DNA from: Chiloscyllium plagiosum
Taxonomy: Eukaryota
Reading direction: 5' to 3'
Assembly (NCBI RefSeq): GCF_004010195.1
Contig: NC_057718.1
Span: 1,199,332-1,255,086 of the forward strand
Length of the DNA: 55,755 bases
The notes below the pieces were generated by a model. That model ran no database searches, was not told the DNA's origin, and saw only the letters and a list, made by a program, of their open reading frames with translations. Made by a program: the position numbers and the translations under genes. This document shows, piece after piece, positions 11,519 through 23,612 of the stretch (its first letter is position 1; each line of letters opens with the position of its first letter).

Positions 11519-13543
11519 ACACCTGGGCAGGACTGGGACAGGTCACACCTGGGCAGGACTGGGACAGGTTACACCTGGGCAGGACTGGGACAGGTTACAC
11601 CTGGGCAGGACTGGGACAGGTTACACCTGGGCAGGACTGGGACAGGTTACACCTGGGCAGGACTGGGACAGGTTACACCTGGGCAGGACTGGGACAGGTT
11701 ACACCTGGGCAGGACTGGGACAGGTTACACCTGGGCAGGACTGGGACAGGTTACACCTGGGCAGGACTGGGACAGGTTACACCTGGGCAGGACTGGGACA
11801 GGTTACACCTGGGCAGGACTGGGACAGGTTACACCTGGGCAGGACTGGGACAGGTTACACCTGGGCAGGACTGGGACAGGTTACACCTGGGCAGGACTGG
11901 GACAGGTTACACCTGGGCAGGACTGGGACAGGTTACACCTGGGCAGGACTGGGACAGGTTACACCTGGGCAGGACTGGGACAGGTTACACCTGGGCAGGA
12001 CTGGGACAGGTCACACCTGGGCAGGACTGGGACAGGTCACACCTGGGCAGGACTGGGACAGGTCACACCTGGGCAGGACTGGGACAGGTCACACCTGGGC
12101 AGGACTGGGACAGGTCACACCTGGGCAGGACTGGGACAGGTCACACCTGGGCAGGACTGGGACAGGTCACACCTGGGCAGGACTGGGACAGGTCACACCT
12201 GGGCAGGACTGGGACAGGTCACACCTGGGCAGGACTGGGACAGGTTACACCTGGGCAGGACTGGGACAGGTCACACCTGGGCAGGACTGGGACAGGTCAC
12301 ACCTGGGCAGGACTGGGACAGGTCACACCTGGGCAGGACTGGGACAGGTCACACCTGGGCAGGACTGGGACAGGTCACACCTGGGCAGGACTGGGACAGG
12401 TCACACCTGGGCAGGACTGGGACAGGTCACACCTGGGCAGGACTGGGACAGGTCACACCTGGGCAGGACTGGGACAGGTCACACCTGGGCAGGACTGGGA
12501 CAGGTCACACCTGGGCAGGACTGGGACAGGTTACACCTGGGCAGGACTGGGACAGGTCACACCTGGGCAGGACTGGGACAGGTCACACCTGGGCAGGACT
12601 GGGACAGGTCACACCTGGGCAGGACTGGGACAGGTCACACCTGGGCAGGACTGGGACAGGTCACACCTGGGCAGGACTGGGACAGGTCACACCTGGGCAG
12701 GACTGGGACAGGTCACACCTGGGCAGGACTGGGACAGGTCACACCTGGGCAGGACTGGGACAGGTCACACCTGGGCAGGACTGGGACAGGTCACACCTGG
12801 GCAGGACTGGGACAGGTTACACCTGGGCAGGACTGGGACAGGTCACACCTGGGCAGGACTGGGACAGGTCACACCTGGGCAGGACTGGGACAGGTCACAC
12901 CTGGGCAGGACTGGGACAGGTCACACCTGGGCAGGACTGGGACAGGTCACACCTGGGCAGGACTGGGACAGGTCACACCTGGGCAGGACTGGGACAGGTC
13001 ACACCTGGGCAGGACTGGGACAGGTCACACCTGGGCAGGACTGGGACAGGTCACACCTGGGCAGGACTGGGACAGGTCACACCTGGGCAGGACTGGGACA
13101 GGTTACACCTGGGCAGGACTGGGACAGGTCACACCTGGGCAGGACTGGGACAGGTCACACCTGGGCAGGACTGGGACAGGTCACACCTGGGCAGGACTGG
13201 GACAGGTCACACCTGGGCAGGACTGGGACAGGTCACACCTGGGCAGGACTGGGACAGGTCACACCTGGGCAGGACTGGGACAGGTCACACCTGGGCAGGA
13301 CTGGGACAGGTCACACCTGGGCAGGACTGGGACAGGTCACACCTGGGCAGGACTGGGACAGGTCACACCTGGGCAGGACTGGGACAGGTTACACCTGGGC
13401 AGGACTGGGACAGGTCACACCTGGGCAGGACTGGGACAGGTCACACCTGGGCAGGACTGGGACAGGTCACACCTGGGCAGGACTGGGACAGGTCACACCT
13501 GGGCAGGACTGGGACAGGTCACACCTGGGCAGGACTGGGACAG
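11519..13543 (+). repeat. 26-bp minisatellite, about 78 copies, unit ACACCTGGGCAGGACTGGGACAGGT(C/T)
   Basis: Directly visible near-perfect tandem array with a single variable position per unit. Confidence 0.99.
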
Positions 13544-14075
13544 TTGTGGAGCGTTTCAGAGAACACCTCTGGGACACCCGGACCAACCAACCCAACCACC
13601 CTGTGGCTCAACATTTCAATTCCCCCTCCCACTCCACCAAGGATATGCAGGTCTTTGGACTCCTCCATCGCCAGACCACAACAACACGACGGTTGGAGGA
13701 AGAGCGCCTCATCTTCCGCCTAGGAACCCTCCAACCACAGGGGATGAACTCAGATTTCTCCAGTTTCCTCATTTCCCCTCCCCCCACCTTGTCTCAGTCA
13801 AATCCCTCAAACTCCCCACCGCCTTCCTAACCTGCAATCTTCTTCCTGACCTCTCCGCCCCCACCCCATTCCGGCCTATCACCCTCACCTTGACCTCCTT
13901 CCACCTATCGCATTTCCAACGCCCCTCCCCCAAGTCCCTCCTCCCTACCTTTTATCTTAGCCTGCTGGACACACTTTCCTCATTCCTGAAGAAGGGCTAA
14001 TGCCCGAAACGTCGATTCTCCTGCTCCTTGGATGCTGCCTGACCTGCTGCGCAGTTCCAGCAACACATTTTCAGC
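13544..14075 (+). mobile_element. Penelope-like element, GIY-YIG C-terminal part plus terminal repeat
   Basis: ERFREHLWDTRTNQPNHPVAQHFNSPSHS..RRLEEERLIFRLGTLQPQGMN, the R..E..H/N pattern of PLE GIY-YIG endonucleases. Confidence 0.85.
13982..14017 (+). ncRNA. Minimal hammerhead ribozyme motif
   Basis: ATTC-CTGAAGA-A-GGGC(TAAT)GCCC-GAAA-CGTC-GATT; stem I has one mismatch. Confidence 0.62.
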
Positions 14076-16426
14076 TAAGAACAAGAACAGGCAGGAAATG
14101 CTGCTGAAAACAGCAGGGGAGGTGTCTGAAAAACATGTATTTCAATGTGAAATGTATAATAGGCAACATAGATGAACTTAGAGTTTGGTTAGTACTTGAA
14201 ACTATGATATTATTGTGATTAAGGAGACTTAGAGTCATAGAGATGTGCAGCACGGAAATAGACCCTTCAGTCCAACTCGACCATGCCGACCAGATATCCT
14301 AATCTAATCTAGTCCCATTTGCCAGCACCCGGCCCATATCCCTCTAAACCCTTCCTATTCATATACCCATCCAGCTGCCTTTTAGTTATTGTAATTGTAC
14401 CAGCCTCCACCACTTCCTCTGGGAGCTCATTCCATACACGCACCACCCTCTGTGTGAAAAAGTTGCCCCTTAGGTCCCTTTTAAATCTTTCCCCTCTCAC
14501 CCTAACTCTTTGCCCTCTAGTTTTGGACTCCCCCACCGAGGGAAAAGACCTTGCCCCCTCATGATTTTACAAACCTCTATAGGTTATTTTAAAAATTTAA
14601 TCAAGAGACATATCTCAATAAAAATATAATCAAAAAAGAACCCACTCTATTCGCTATTGTAGATTTACAGTAAGGTTACATTTAAAAACAATGCACTTAT
14701 CTGTTCCTGTGCTGTGAGCTCTCCCACACAGGTTCCTCCAAGGTCAGCTGGGAATTTTGCTGTTTATTCATTTTTCGCAGATGCAGTTTGATGTCCAGAC
14801 ATAGTTGAACTCAAACAGGAAAGGCAGTGGGTGTGCAGATTCTGAAAGAGGTACAGGACTGGCAGCTGAATCCTCCGGGATTTAAATGTCTCAGATGTGA
14901 TAGAAAGGGATGTAAAAGGGAGTTGGAGAGTTGCATTACTGGTAAAGGATTATCTCGCAGCTATACTGACAGAGGATATATCAGAGGACCCGTGCAGTGA
15001 GACAATATGGAATAGGAAAGGTAAAATTATAATACTGGGGTATACTACAGGCTTCCAAACAGCCAGGGGAGGATAGAGGAGAGAATATGCAGACAGATTT
15101 TGGAAAGATGTAAAAATAGCAAGATTATTGTGGTGGATGATATTAACTTCCCACTTATTGACTGGGATTCACTTTGTGCTAGGGGTTTGGAATGGGGCAG
15201 AATTTGTAACAACCATTCAGGAGGGTTTCTTGACACAGTATGTAAACATATGGATGCTGTCTGACCTGCTGCGCTTTTCCAGCACCACATTTTTCAATTC
15301 TGATCTCCAGCATCTGCAGTCCCCACTTTCTTCCAGTATATAAACTGTCCAGCAAGGGAAGGGGTTTTGGGAAATGAGCCCGGCCAGGTGAGTGAAGTTC
15401 CAGTGGGGAGCATTTTGAGAGTAGTGACCATAATACAGTTGGCTTTAAGATACTCATGGATAAGGATAACAGCAGTCCTTGGGATAAGGTGTTAAATTGG
15501 AGGAAGGCAAGCTACAACCATATTAAGTAGGAACTGGAGAATTTTAAGTGGAGTCAATTGTTTGAGAGTAAATCCGCATTAGACATATGGGAATATTTCA
15601 CAAGGTAGTTGATAAAGGTTCAGGAGCAGCACGTTTCTACAAGAATGAAGGATAGGTATGGCATACTGCCAGGGGAGATGGTGGAAGCAGACACATTAGT
15701 AGCATTCAAGAAGCACCTGGAATACACCAATAGGAAGGGAATAGAGGGATACGGATCCTGTAAGTGAAGGTAGTTTTAGTATGGGAGGGCAAAATGTGTC
15801 ACTGCAGGCTTGGAGGGCCAAAGGGCCTGTTCCTGTGCTGTTTTGTGCTTTGCTCTGAGTTCTTTGTTCTTTGTCTCATTGCACTTCTCCCTTTCTCAAT
15901 CTATCACCATTCAGATGTAAACCAGTCTTCCTTTTTTGCTTTTAAAGTGGATAACCTCACATTTGTCAACATTATCCTGAATTTAGGCCACTCCCCCAGC
16001 CTGTCCAATCACACTGCAACATCTCAGCATCCTCCCACCTCGCTTTGTATCATTTGCAAACTTGGAGATAACACATTTAGTTCCCTCATCTAAATCACCT
16101 ACGTATATTTTATAAATATTATGGACAGGTTACATGCAGGAAGGATGTTCCTGATGTTAGTGAATCCAGAACCAGTGGTCATCATTTAAGGAGAATGGGA
16201 AAAACTTTCAGGACTGAGAGGAGAAATTTCTTCACTCAGAGAGTGGAATTCATTGCCAGAGAAAGTGGTTGACACCAAAATATTTAGCGTTTTTAAGAAG
16301 GAGGTAGATGTGGCACTTGTGGTGATTGAGCTTCAATGATCATCTTGCATCATAGTGAATGGTGGAGCAGGCTCAAGGAGCCAAATGTCCTACTCCTGCT
16401 CCTATCTTCTTTGTTTCTATTTTAAT

Positions 16427-17080
16427 GGAGAGAGATATCCAGAAAGATAAGAATAGCTGAAGAGATCGAATTGGAGAAAAAGAGATTGAGTGTGGAGAGC
16501 GAGAGAGAGACATGGAGAGCTCATGTAAAAAGAGACAGAGAGAAGGACAAGGAGTGCTGCAGAGAGGGAGAAAAAGACAAAGGGATACATAGAGAAAAAT
16601 TAAAGGAACTGGACAGAGAGAGACATGCAGAGCTGCAGAGAGAGAGAAAGTGAAGGGAAGCTGGGGAGAAATATCCAGAGAGACACAGATAGTTGGAGTG
16701 TGCAAGCTGGAGAAAGGGAGATTGAGAGTCAAGGGAGAGAGAGAGACAGGGAGAAAGAAAGAGAGAGAGAGCAAGAACGAGAGAGAGAGAGACAGAGAGA
16801 GACATTGAGGGGTCATGCAAAGAGAGGCAGAGAGCAGGACAAGGAGAGATGCAAAGAGGGTGAGAAAGCTGGAGAAAGGGAGATTGTGACTTGAGAGAGT
16901 TTCAGAGAACTGGAGAGAGAGTGAGAAAGACATGGAGAGCTCATGCAGAGTAAAACAAGGAGAGATGGAGCAGAAGACAAGGGAAGAGACAGAGAGAAAC
17001 TAGGAGAGCTGGACAGAGAGAAACATGGAGAGTTAGAGAAAGAGAGAGAGAGAAAAGGAAAGCTAGAGATAGATGAGATC
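16427..17080 (+). repeat. GA-rich low-complexity / degenerate tandem repeat
   Basis: Strongly purine-biased tract with recurring gagagacatggagagct and ctggagaaagggagatt motifs. Confidence 0.9.
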
Positions 17081-17865
17081 ATGATAATTACAGGCCAGAA
17101 AGGCCATTAATCCATCCACAGACCCTGGCACCTCACCCCAACTAGAGAAACCAAAGATGTATTTCAAAGATTCTACAGCATCTGCATTCACTCTATCTGG
17201 CGGTTTATTCCTCTTCGATTAGTCTTTTTCTGCCATTTATTTTTACTTAAATCAATATCCACATTAAATTGGAATTTTAACCATCATATTTACCTTCATG
17301 TGGTCATCTCCCAGAGCGAAAAGCCCCACTCTCTTTCTCTGGCCATCGCTGTGGGGAATATCTAAGCTGTCAGGGATTTTAAAGCTATGGATAGCATCTA
17401 ATCAAAGTGGATGAAGGATGTGGACCGCTTTCAAATGATTCCAGAGGCAAGAAGGCTCCACTTGGGTAGCGTGTGGTTGATCAGGATAGGGCTTTTTCTG
17501 CCGTTGCCATTTACTTTAGTTCATGCTGTTATGTCGCAGTGGGATATGGTAAGAATATAGCCCCCAAAATATAGGCCCTTACCTCAGTCAGGACAGGGAT
17601 TGGATCTATGTAGTAAGAGTCATTCTTCAGTTAACTCTTAGCCAAATGAGCTAACTGCCATTTCCCATAACTCAGACTCTGACTTTCAGGGATTCCCTCA
17701 GATCTGCCCATCATAGTTAAGTCTCTTTCAGTGGCTGAGCAGAACTGAACACAATAGACAGGATGGGTCTGTAGCATGAGACAGTGTACTGGGGAAGGGT
17801 TTCTGTCTAATGTAGTTTTCTGTTTTCTTTCTGGAAAGAATTTCTGATCCTGAGACCTGACTATC

Positions 17866-17994
17866 ATGCAGCAGTCAACATGGAGAAGTATCCTGGTGAT
17901 GTTCAGCATGTCGTGGACTCTGACATCTGGCCAGCTGGGGGATTGCTGGGACCAAAGCAAGTGCAAGAAGCTGTTTTCAACTCCAAAAGTGATG
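17866..17994 (+). CDS. POMC: Proopiomelanocortin, first coding exon (exon 2): signal peptide and start of N-POMC, 43 aa
   Basis: MQQSTWRSILVMFSMSWTLTSGQLGDCWDQSKCKKLFSTPKVM has a hydrophobic leader and the C-W-x4-C pattern of N-POMC. It ends ATG|gtaagc (phase-0 donor at 17995). Probable acceptor is tgttttctttctggaaag| at 17838, giving 27 nt of 5'UTR. It joins in frame to ECIEACK of exon 3. Confidence 0.93.
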
Positions 17995-18302
17995 GTAAGC
18001 AAGAATCCAACTAAAATACTCACACAATCACTCACTGCAATTACCATTGAAGAAACTGAAACCATTGTCTTCATTCCTGACCAAACTTGGTTCAGTCATC
18101 CCTGAGTATTATTCTGGTCACTGACTGAACAACATTGTTTAGCACCTTTCAGTTCTATTTAACATCCAGCTGAGCTCTGGGCTACTTATTGTCTTCATCA
18201 TAAAAACATTGCCCATTACCAGCTCATCTATAGTGGAGATCCTCATGCAAGTTTTCAACTCACACATTCTGCCCATTTAAAATTCTGCTGCCAAATATCT
18301 AA

Positions 18303-18500
18303 AGTAGACAAGCAGGAGGCTGAAAGAACACAGCAAATAAGGCAGCATCAAGAGGTGGAGAAATCGATGTTTCAGGTATAACCCTTATTCAGGAATGTCG
18401 ACTTCTCCACCTCCTGATGCTGCCTGGCTCGCTGTCTTCTTCCAGCTTCCTACTTGTTTACTTTGGATTTCTGCATCTGCACCTTTTTTTGTCTCTAAAC
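18303..18500. mobile_element. Short inverted pair of Penelope-like termini
   Basis: aaagtagacaagcaggaggctg...ggcagcatca is mirrored by tgatgctgcc...cagcttcctacttgtttacttt. Confidence 0.7.
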
Positions 18501-19056
18501 AAGTATCTAAATATAACCACTTACCTTTCACCCTTGAGTTTGTTGACCTGCATTGACCCTTTCATTGGCAACAGCATGAATTTAACACGATCATCATGTG
18601 GAAATCACTTAATGGCCTCACCCATTTATTGTGGTTAGGGTGGTGGCCTCACAATATTATCACCAGACTATTAATCCAGAGAGCTAGGTAATATTCTAGG
18701 TATAAAAAATGCTGGAGATCACAGCAGGTCAGGCAGCTTCCATGGAGAGAAAACAAGCTAACGTTTCCAGTCAAGATGACTCTTCATCAGAGCTGACATG
18801 AAGTGTGGAAGGGACAGACAATCAGAATTCCTATCAGTCAGAAAAGCAAAGCTTCTTCAGGGTGGGTACTCCTCAAAGAGACATGGCGGTTCATTAAACA
18901 CAATGTAGGAGCAAATTACTGCAGATGCTGGAACCTGTACAAACGTGCTGGAGATCACACTGGGTCAGGCAGCCTCCATGGAGAAAAAGCAAGCTGATGG
19001 AAGGTTGGTATGCATGATGCACTGGGCTGTGTTCACAACTCTGTAGTTTCTTGCAG

Positions 19057-19373
19057 TAGATTAGATTAGATTACTTACAGTGTGGAAACAGGTCCTTTGG
19101 CCCAACAAGTCCACACCGACCCACCGAAGCGTAACCCACCCATTCCCGTACATTTACCCCTTTACCTAACACTACGGGCAATTTAGCATGGCCAATTCAC
19201 CTGACGTGCACATCTTTGGACTGTGGGAGGAAACCAGAGCACCCGGAGGAAACCCACGCAGACACGGGGAGAATGTGCAAACTCTACACAGTCAGTCGCC
19301 TGAGTCGGGAATTGAACCCGGGTCTCTGGAGCTGTGAGGCAGCAGTGCTAACCACTGTACCACCGTGCCACCC
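19057..19373 (-). mobile_element. HE1-type SINE, full length
   Basis: Highly similar to 3318-3637. Confidence 0.88.
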
Positions 19374-19658
19374 TAACTTTCCAAACCAAGCTATAATGCG
19401 TTAGGATAGGATGCTTTCTATGGTGTATCTATAAAAATTGGTAAGAGTCATAGAACCATAGATTATTATAGCATGGAAACTGGTCTTTCGGCCCAAACTG
19501 GTCCATGCTGACCATTGTATCCACTCAGTTACTTCCCGTTGTTGCATTTTGGCCATATCCCACTAAACCCTTTCCCAGCCATGTACCGATCCAAATTTTT
19601 AAAAAAATGTTGCTATTGTACCTGCCTCAAACATTTCCTCTGGCAGACCATTCCATAC

Positions 19659-22600
19659 ATAGAACACAGAACATTGAACATAGAACATGACAGTGCAGTA
19701 TAGGCCCTTTGGCGCTTGATGGTGCACTGAAATGTGGAACCAATCTGAAGCCCATCTAACCTACACTATTCTGTTTTCATCCATATGTCTACCCAATGAC
19801 CATTTAAATGTCCTTAAAGTTGGCAAGTCTATTATTGTTGCAGCCAGAGTGTTCCACACACTTATTACTCTCTGAGTAAACTACCTCTGACATCTGTCCT
19901 ATATCTATAACTCCTCAGTTTGAAGCTATGTCCCCTTGTGCTAACTATCACCATCTGAGGAAAAAGGCTTTCACTGTCCATGCTGTCTAACCCTCTGATT
20001 TTCTGATATGTCTCAATTAAGTCCCCTCTCAACCTTCTTCTCTCTAACGAAAACAGCCTCAAGTCCCTCAGCCTTTCCTCATAAGACCTTCCCTCCATGC
20101 CAGGCAATATCCTAGTTAATCTCCTCTGAATCTTTGCGAAAGCTTCCACATCCTTCCTATAATGTAGTGACCAGAACTGTACGCAATACTCCAAATGTGG
20201 CTGCACCAGTGTCTTGTACAGCTGCAGCATGATCTCATGGTTCCGAAACTCAATCCCTCTACCAATAAGTGTTAGCACAACATATGCCTTCTTAACAACC
20301 CTATCAACCTGGGTGACAACTTTCAAGGATCTATGTACCTGGACACCGAGATCTCTCTGCTCATTTATACTACAATTCTTACCATTAGCCCAGTACACTA
20401 TTCTTGTTGCTCCTTACAAAGTGAATCATCTCACACTTTTCCACATTAAACTCCATTTGCCACCTCTCAGCCCAGCTCTGCAGCTTATCTACGTCTCTCT
20501 GTAACCTGCAACATCCTTCAGCACTATCCATAACTCCATCGACCCTAGTGTCACCCACAAATTTACTAACTCATCCTCCTACCCTCTCATCTCGGTCATT
20601 TATAAAAATGACAAACAGCAGTGGCCCTAAAATAGATCCTTGCAGTACACCACTAGCTGAACTCCAGGATGAACATTTCCCATCAACTACCACCCTCTGT
20701 CTTCTATCAGCTAGCCAATTTCTGATTCAAACTGCTACATCACCCTCAATCCCGTGCGTCCATATTTTGTGCAATAGCCTACCGTGGGGAATGTTATCAA
20801 ATGCCTTACTGAAATCCATATACACCACATTAATCGCTTGACCTTCATCCACCTGTTTAGTCACCTTCTCAAAGAACTCAATAAGGTTTGTGAGGCACGA
20901 CCTACCCTTCACAAAACCGTGTTGACTACCTATAACCAACTTATTTTTCTCTGGATGACTATAAATCCTATCTCTTATCACCTTTTCCAACATTTTACCC
21001 ACAACTGAAGTAAGGCTCACTGGTCTATAATTTCCAGGACTGTCTCTACTCCCCTTCTTGAACAAGACAACAACATTTGCTATCCTCCAGTCTTCTGGCA
21101 CTATTCTTGTAGACAATGGCAACATAAAGATCAAAGCCAAAGACTCTGTAATCTCCTCCATGGCTTCCCAGAGAATCCTAGGATAAATCCCATCTGGCCC
21201 AGGAGAATTACCTATTTTCACACTTTCTAGAATTGCTAACACCTCCTCCTTATGAACCTCAATCCCATCTAGTCCAGTAGCCTGTATCTCAGTATTCTCC
21301 TAGACAGCATTGTCTTTTTCCAGTGTAAATACTGATGAAAAATATTCATTTAACGCTTCCCCTATCTCCACAGACTCCACACACAACTTCCCATTGCTGT
21401 CCTTGATTGGCCCTAATCTTTGTCTAGTCATTATTTTATTACTGACATACCTATAGAAAGCTTTAGGGTTTTCTTTGATCATCTCTGCCAATGACTTCTC
21501 ATGTCCCTCCTGACTCTTATTAGCTCTCTCTTTAGGTCCTTCCTGGCTAACTTGTAACTCTCAAGTGCCCTAACTGAGCCTTCACATCCCATCCTAACAT
21601 AAGCCTTCTCCTTCCTCTTGACAAGAGATACAGCTTCTTTAGAGTTCCCTCGCACGACCACTTCCATCCTGCCTGACAGGTACATACTAATCAAGGACAC
21701 GCAGTAGCTGTTCCTTGAATAAGCTCCACATTTCAATTGTGCCCATCCCCTGCAGTTTCCTTCCCCATCCTATGCATCCTAAATCTTGCCTAATCGCATC
21801 ATAATTACCTTGCTTGCAGCAATAACTCTTGCTTTGCAGTATATACCTATCCCTTCCCATCGCTAAACTAAACATAACTGAATTGGGGTCAATATCACTA
21901 AAGTGCTCACCTACCTCCAAATCTAACACTTGGTCAGGTTCATTCCCCAGTACCAAATCCAATGTGGCTTCACTCCTTGTTGGCCTGTCTACATACTGTG
22001 TCAGGAAACCATCCTGCACACATTGGACAAAAACTGATCCATCTAAAGTACTCGAACTATAGTTTTGGGGCAGCATGGTGGTTCGGTGGTTAGCACTGCT
22101 TCCTCACAGTCCCAGGGACCGAGGTTCGATTCCCACCTCGGGCGACTGTCTGTGTGGAGTTTGCGCATTCTCCCTGTGTCTGCGTGGGTTTCCTCTCACA
22201 GGTCAGGTGAATTGGCCATGTTAAATTGTCCATAGTGTTAGGTGCATTAGCTAGGGGTAAATATAAGGTAGGGGAATGGGTCGGGAAAGGTTACTCTTTG
22301 GAGGGTTGGTGTGGATTTGTTGGGCCGAAGGGCCTGTTTCCATACTGTAGGGAATCTAATCTATTTCCAGTCAATATTTGGAAAGTTAAAGCCCCCATAA
22401 CAACTACCCTGTTACTCTCGCTCCTATCCAGAATCATCTTTGCTATCCTTTCCTCTACATGTCTGGAACTACTCGGAGGCCAATAGAAAATTCCCAACAG
22501 GGTGACCTCTCCTTTCCTGTTTCTAACCTCAGTCCATACTACCTCAGTAGATGAGTCCTCAAACATCCTTTCTGCCACAGTAATGCTGTCCTTGACTAAC

Positions 22601-23612
22601 AATGCCACACCTCCCCCTTTTTTACCATATTCTCTGTTCTTACTGAAATATCTGATTTCCAGAACCTGCACCAACCATTCCTGTCCCTACTCTATCCATG
22701 TCTCCAAAATGGCCACAACATCAGAGTCCCAGGTACCAACCCATGCTGCAAGGTCACCCACCTTATTCCGGATGCTCCTGGCGTTGAAGTAGACACACTT
22801 CAAACCACCTTCCTGCTTGCCAGTGAACGTTTGTGACCATGAAACCATATTTCTGATCTCACTGCTCTCAACCTCCTGGACACTGGAACTACAATTCAGG
22901 TTCCTATTCCCCTGCTGAATAAGTTTAAACCCTCCCAAAGAGCATTAGCAAATTTTCCCCCTGCAGGAGATTGGTACCTGTCTGGTTCAGGTGAAGACCA
23001 TTCTGTTTTTAGAGGTCCCACATACCCCTGAATAAGTTGCAATTATCTAGGTATCTGAAACCCTCCCTCGTGCACCATCCCTGCAGCCACGTGTTCAACT
23101 CCTCTCTCTCTCCCTATTCCTTGCCTCAATAGCAAGTGGCATGGGCAGAGATAACAACTCTGTTTGTTCTAGCTCTAAACTTCCATCCTAGTTCCCTGAA
23201 TTTCTGCCTTAAATCCCCATCCCTTTTCCTATCTATGTCGTTGATGCTTATGTGGACCATGACTTGGGGCCGCTCCCTCCCCCTCAAGGATCCCGAAAGC
23301 ACGATTCAAGACATCATGAACCCTGGCACCTGGGAGGCAACACACCAACCGTGAGTCTCTCTCGTTCCCCCAGAACCTCCTGTCTGTCCCCTAACAATGG
23401 AGTCCCCAATGGCTAATGCTCTGCTCATCTCCACCTTTCCCTTCCGAGCAACAGGGACAGACTCTGTGCCAGAGACCTGTACCCCATGGCTTACCCCTGG
23501 TAAGTTGCTCCCTCCACCAGTATTCAAACACTATACTTGTTATTGAGGGGAAAGGCCACAGGGGATCCCTGCACTGCCTGCCGGTTCCCTTTCTATCCCC
23601 TGATAGTAATGA
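19659..23612 (-). mobile_element. Long CR1 LINE (partial ORF1, endonuclease, RT, tail) with stops and frameshifts
   Basis: Minus-strand ORFs: AIGDSIVRG (ORF1 esterase), CVYFNARSIRNK, SPGPDGIYPRIL, NYRPVSLTSVVGK, YMDFSKAFD, LVQPHLEYCVQFW; tail (atagaac)n at 19659-19688. Confidence 0.93.
22067..22363 (+). mobile_element. HE1-type SINE nested in CR1 ORF2
   Basis: A box (tggttcggtggttagc), B box (ggttcgattcc) and aatctaatcta tail; it interrupts the endonuclease coding sequence. Confidence 0.85.

Larger units (their letters stand above)
10690..15660 (+). mobile_element. Old CR1 LINE (ORF1 and endonuclease region) hosting the minisatellite, a Penelope fragment and a minus-strand CR1 3' fragment (about 14230-14585)
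   Basis: GDSIIR, VHVGTNDIG, VVISGLLP and RFWGRWDLY before 11519; endonuclease-like motifs (YRLPNS, DINFPLIDW, IQEGFLTQYV) after 14076. Confidence 0.78.

Noticed and set aside
11519..13543. CRISPR-like array
   Set aside because: The repeats are directly adjacent with no unique spacers, there are no cas genes, and the context is eukaryotic.
11358..14000. 880-aa and 790-aa ORFs with a 26-aa repeat
   Set aside because: These are by-products of a stop-free 26-bp tandem unit (three units give 26 codons, the same peptide in all + frames) flanked by CR1 and Penelope remnants; there is no evidence of a real protein.
16373..17082. S/L-rich and E/R-rich ORFs
   Set aside because: They are translations of GA low-complexity sequence.
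17995..18105. C-terminal part of the 79-aa ORF
   Set aside because: It lies after the GTAAGC donor and has no POMC similarity.
19659..23612. Active autonomous LINE
   Set aside because: ORF2 is fragmented by stops, frameshifts and a SINE insertion.
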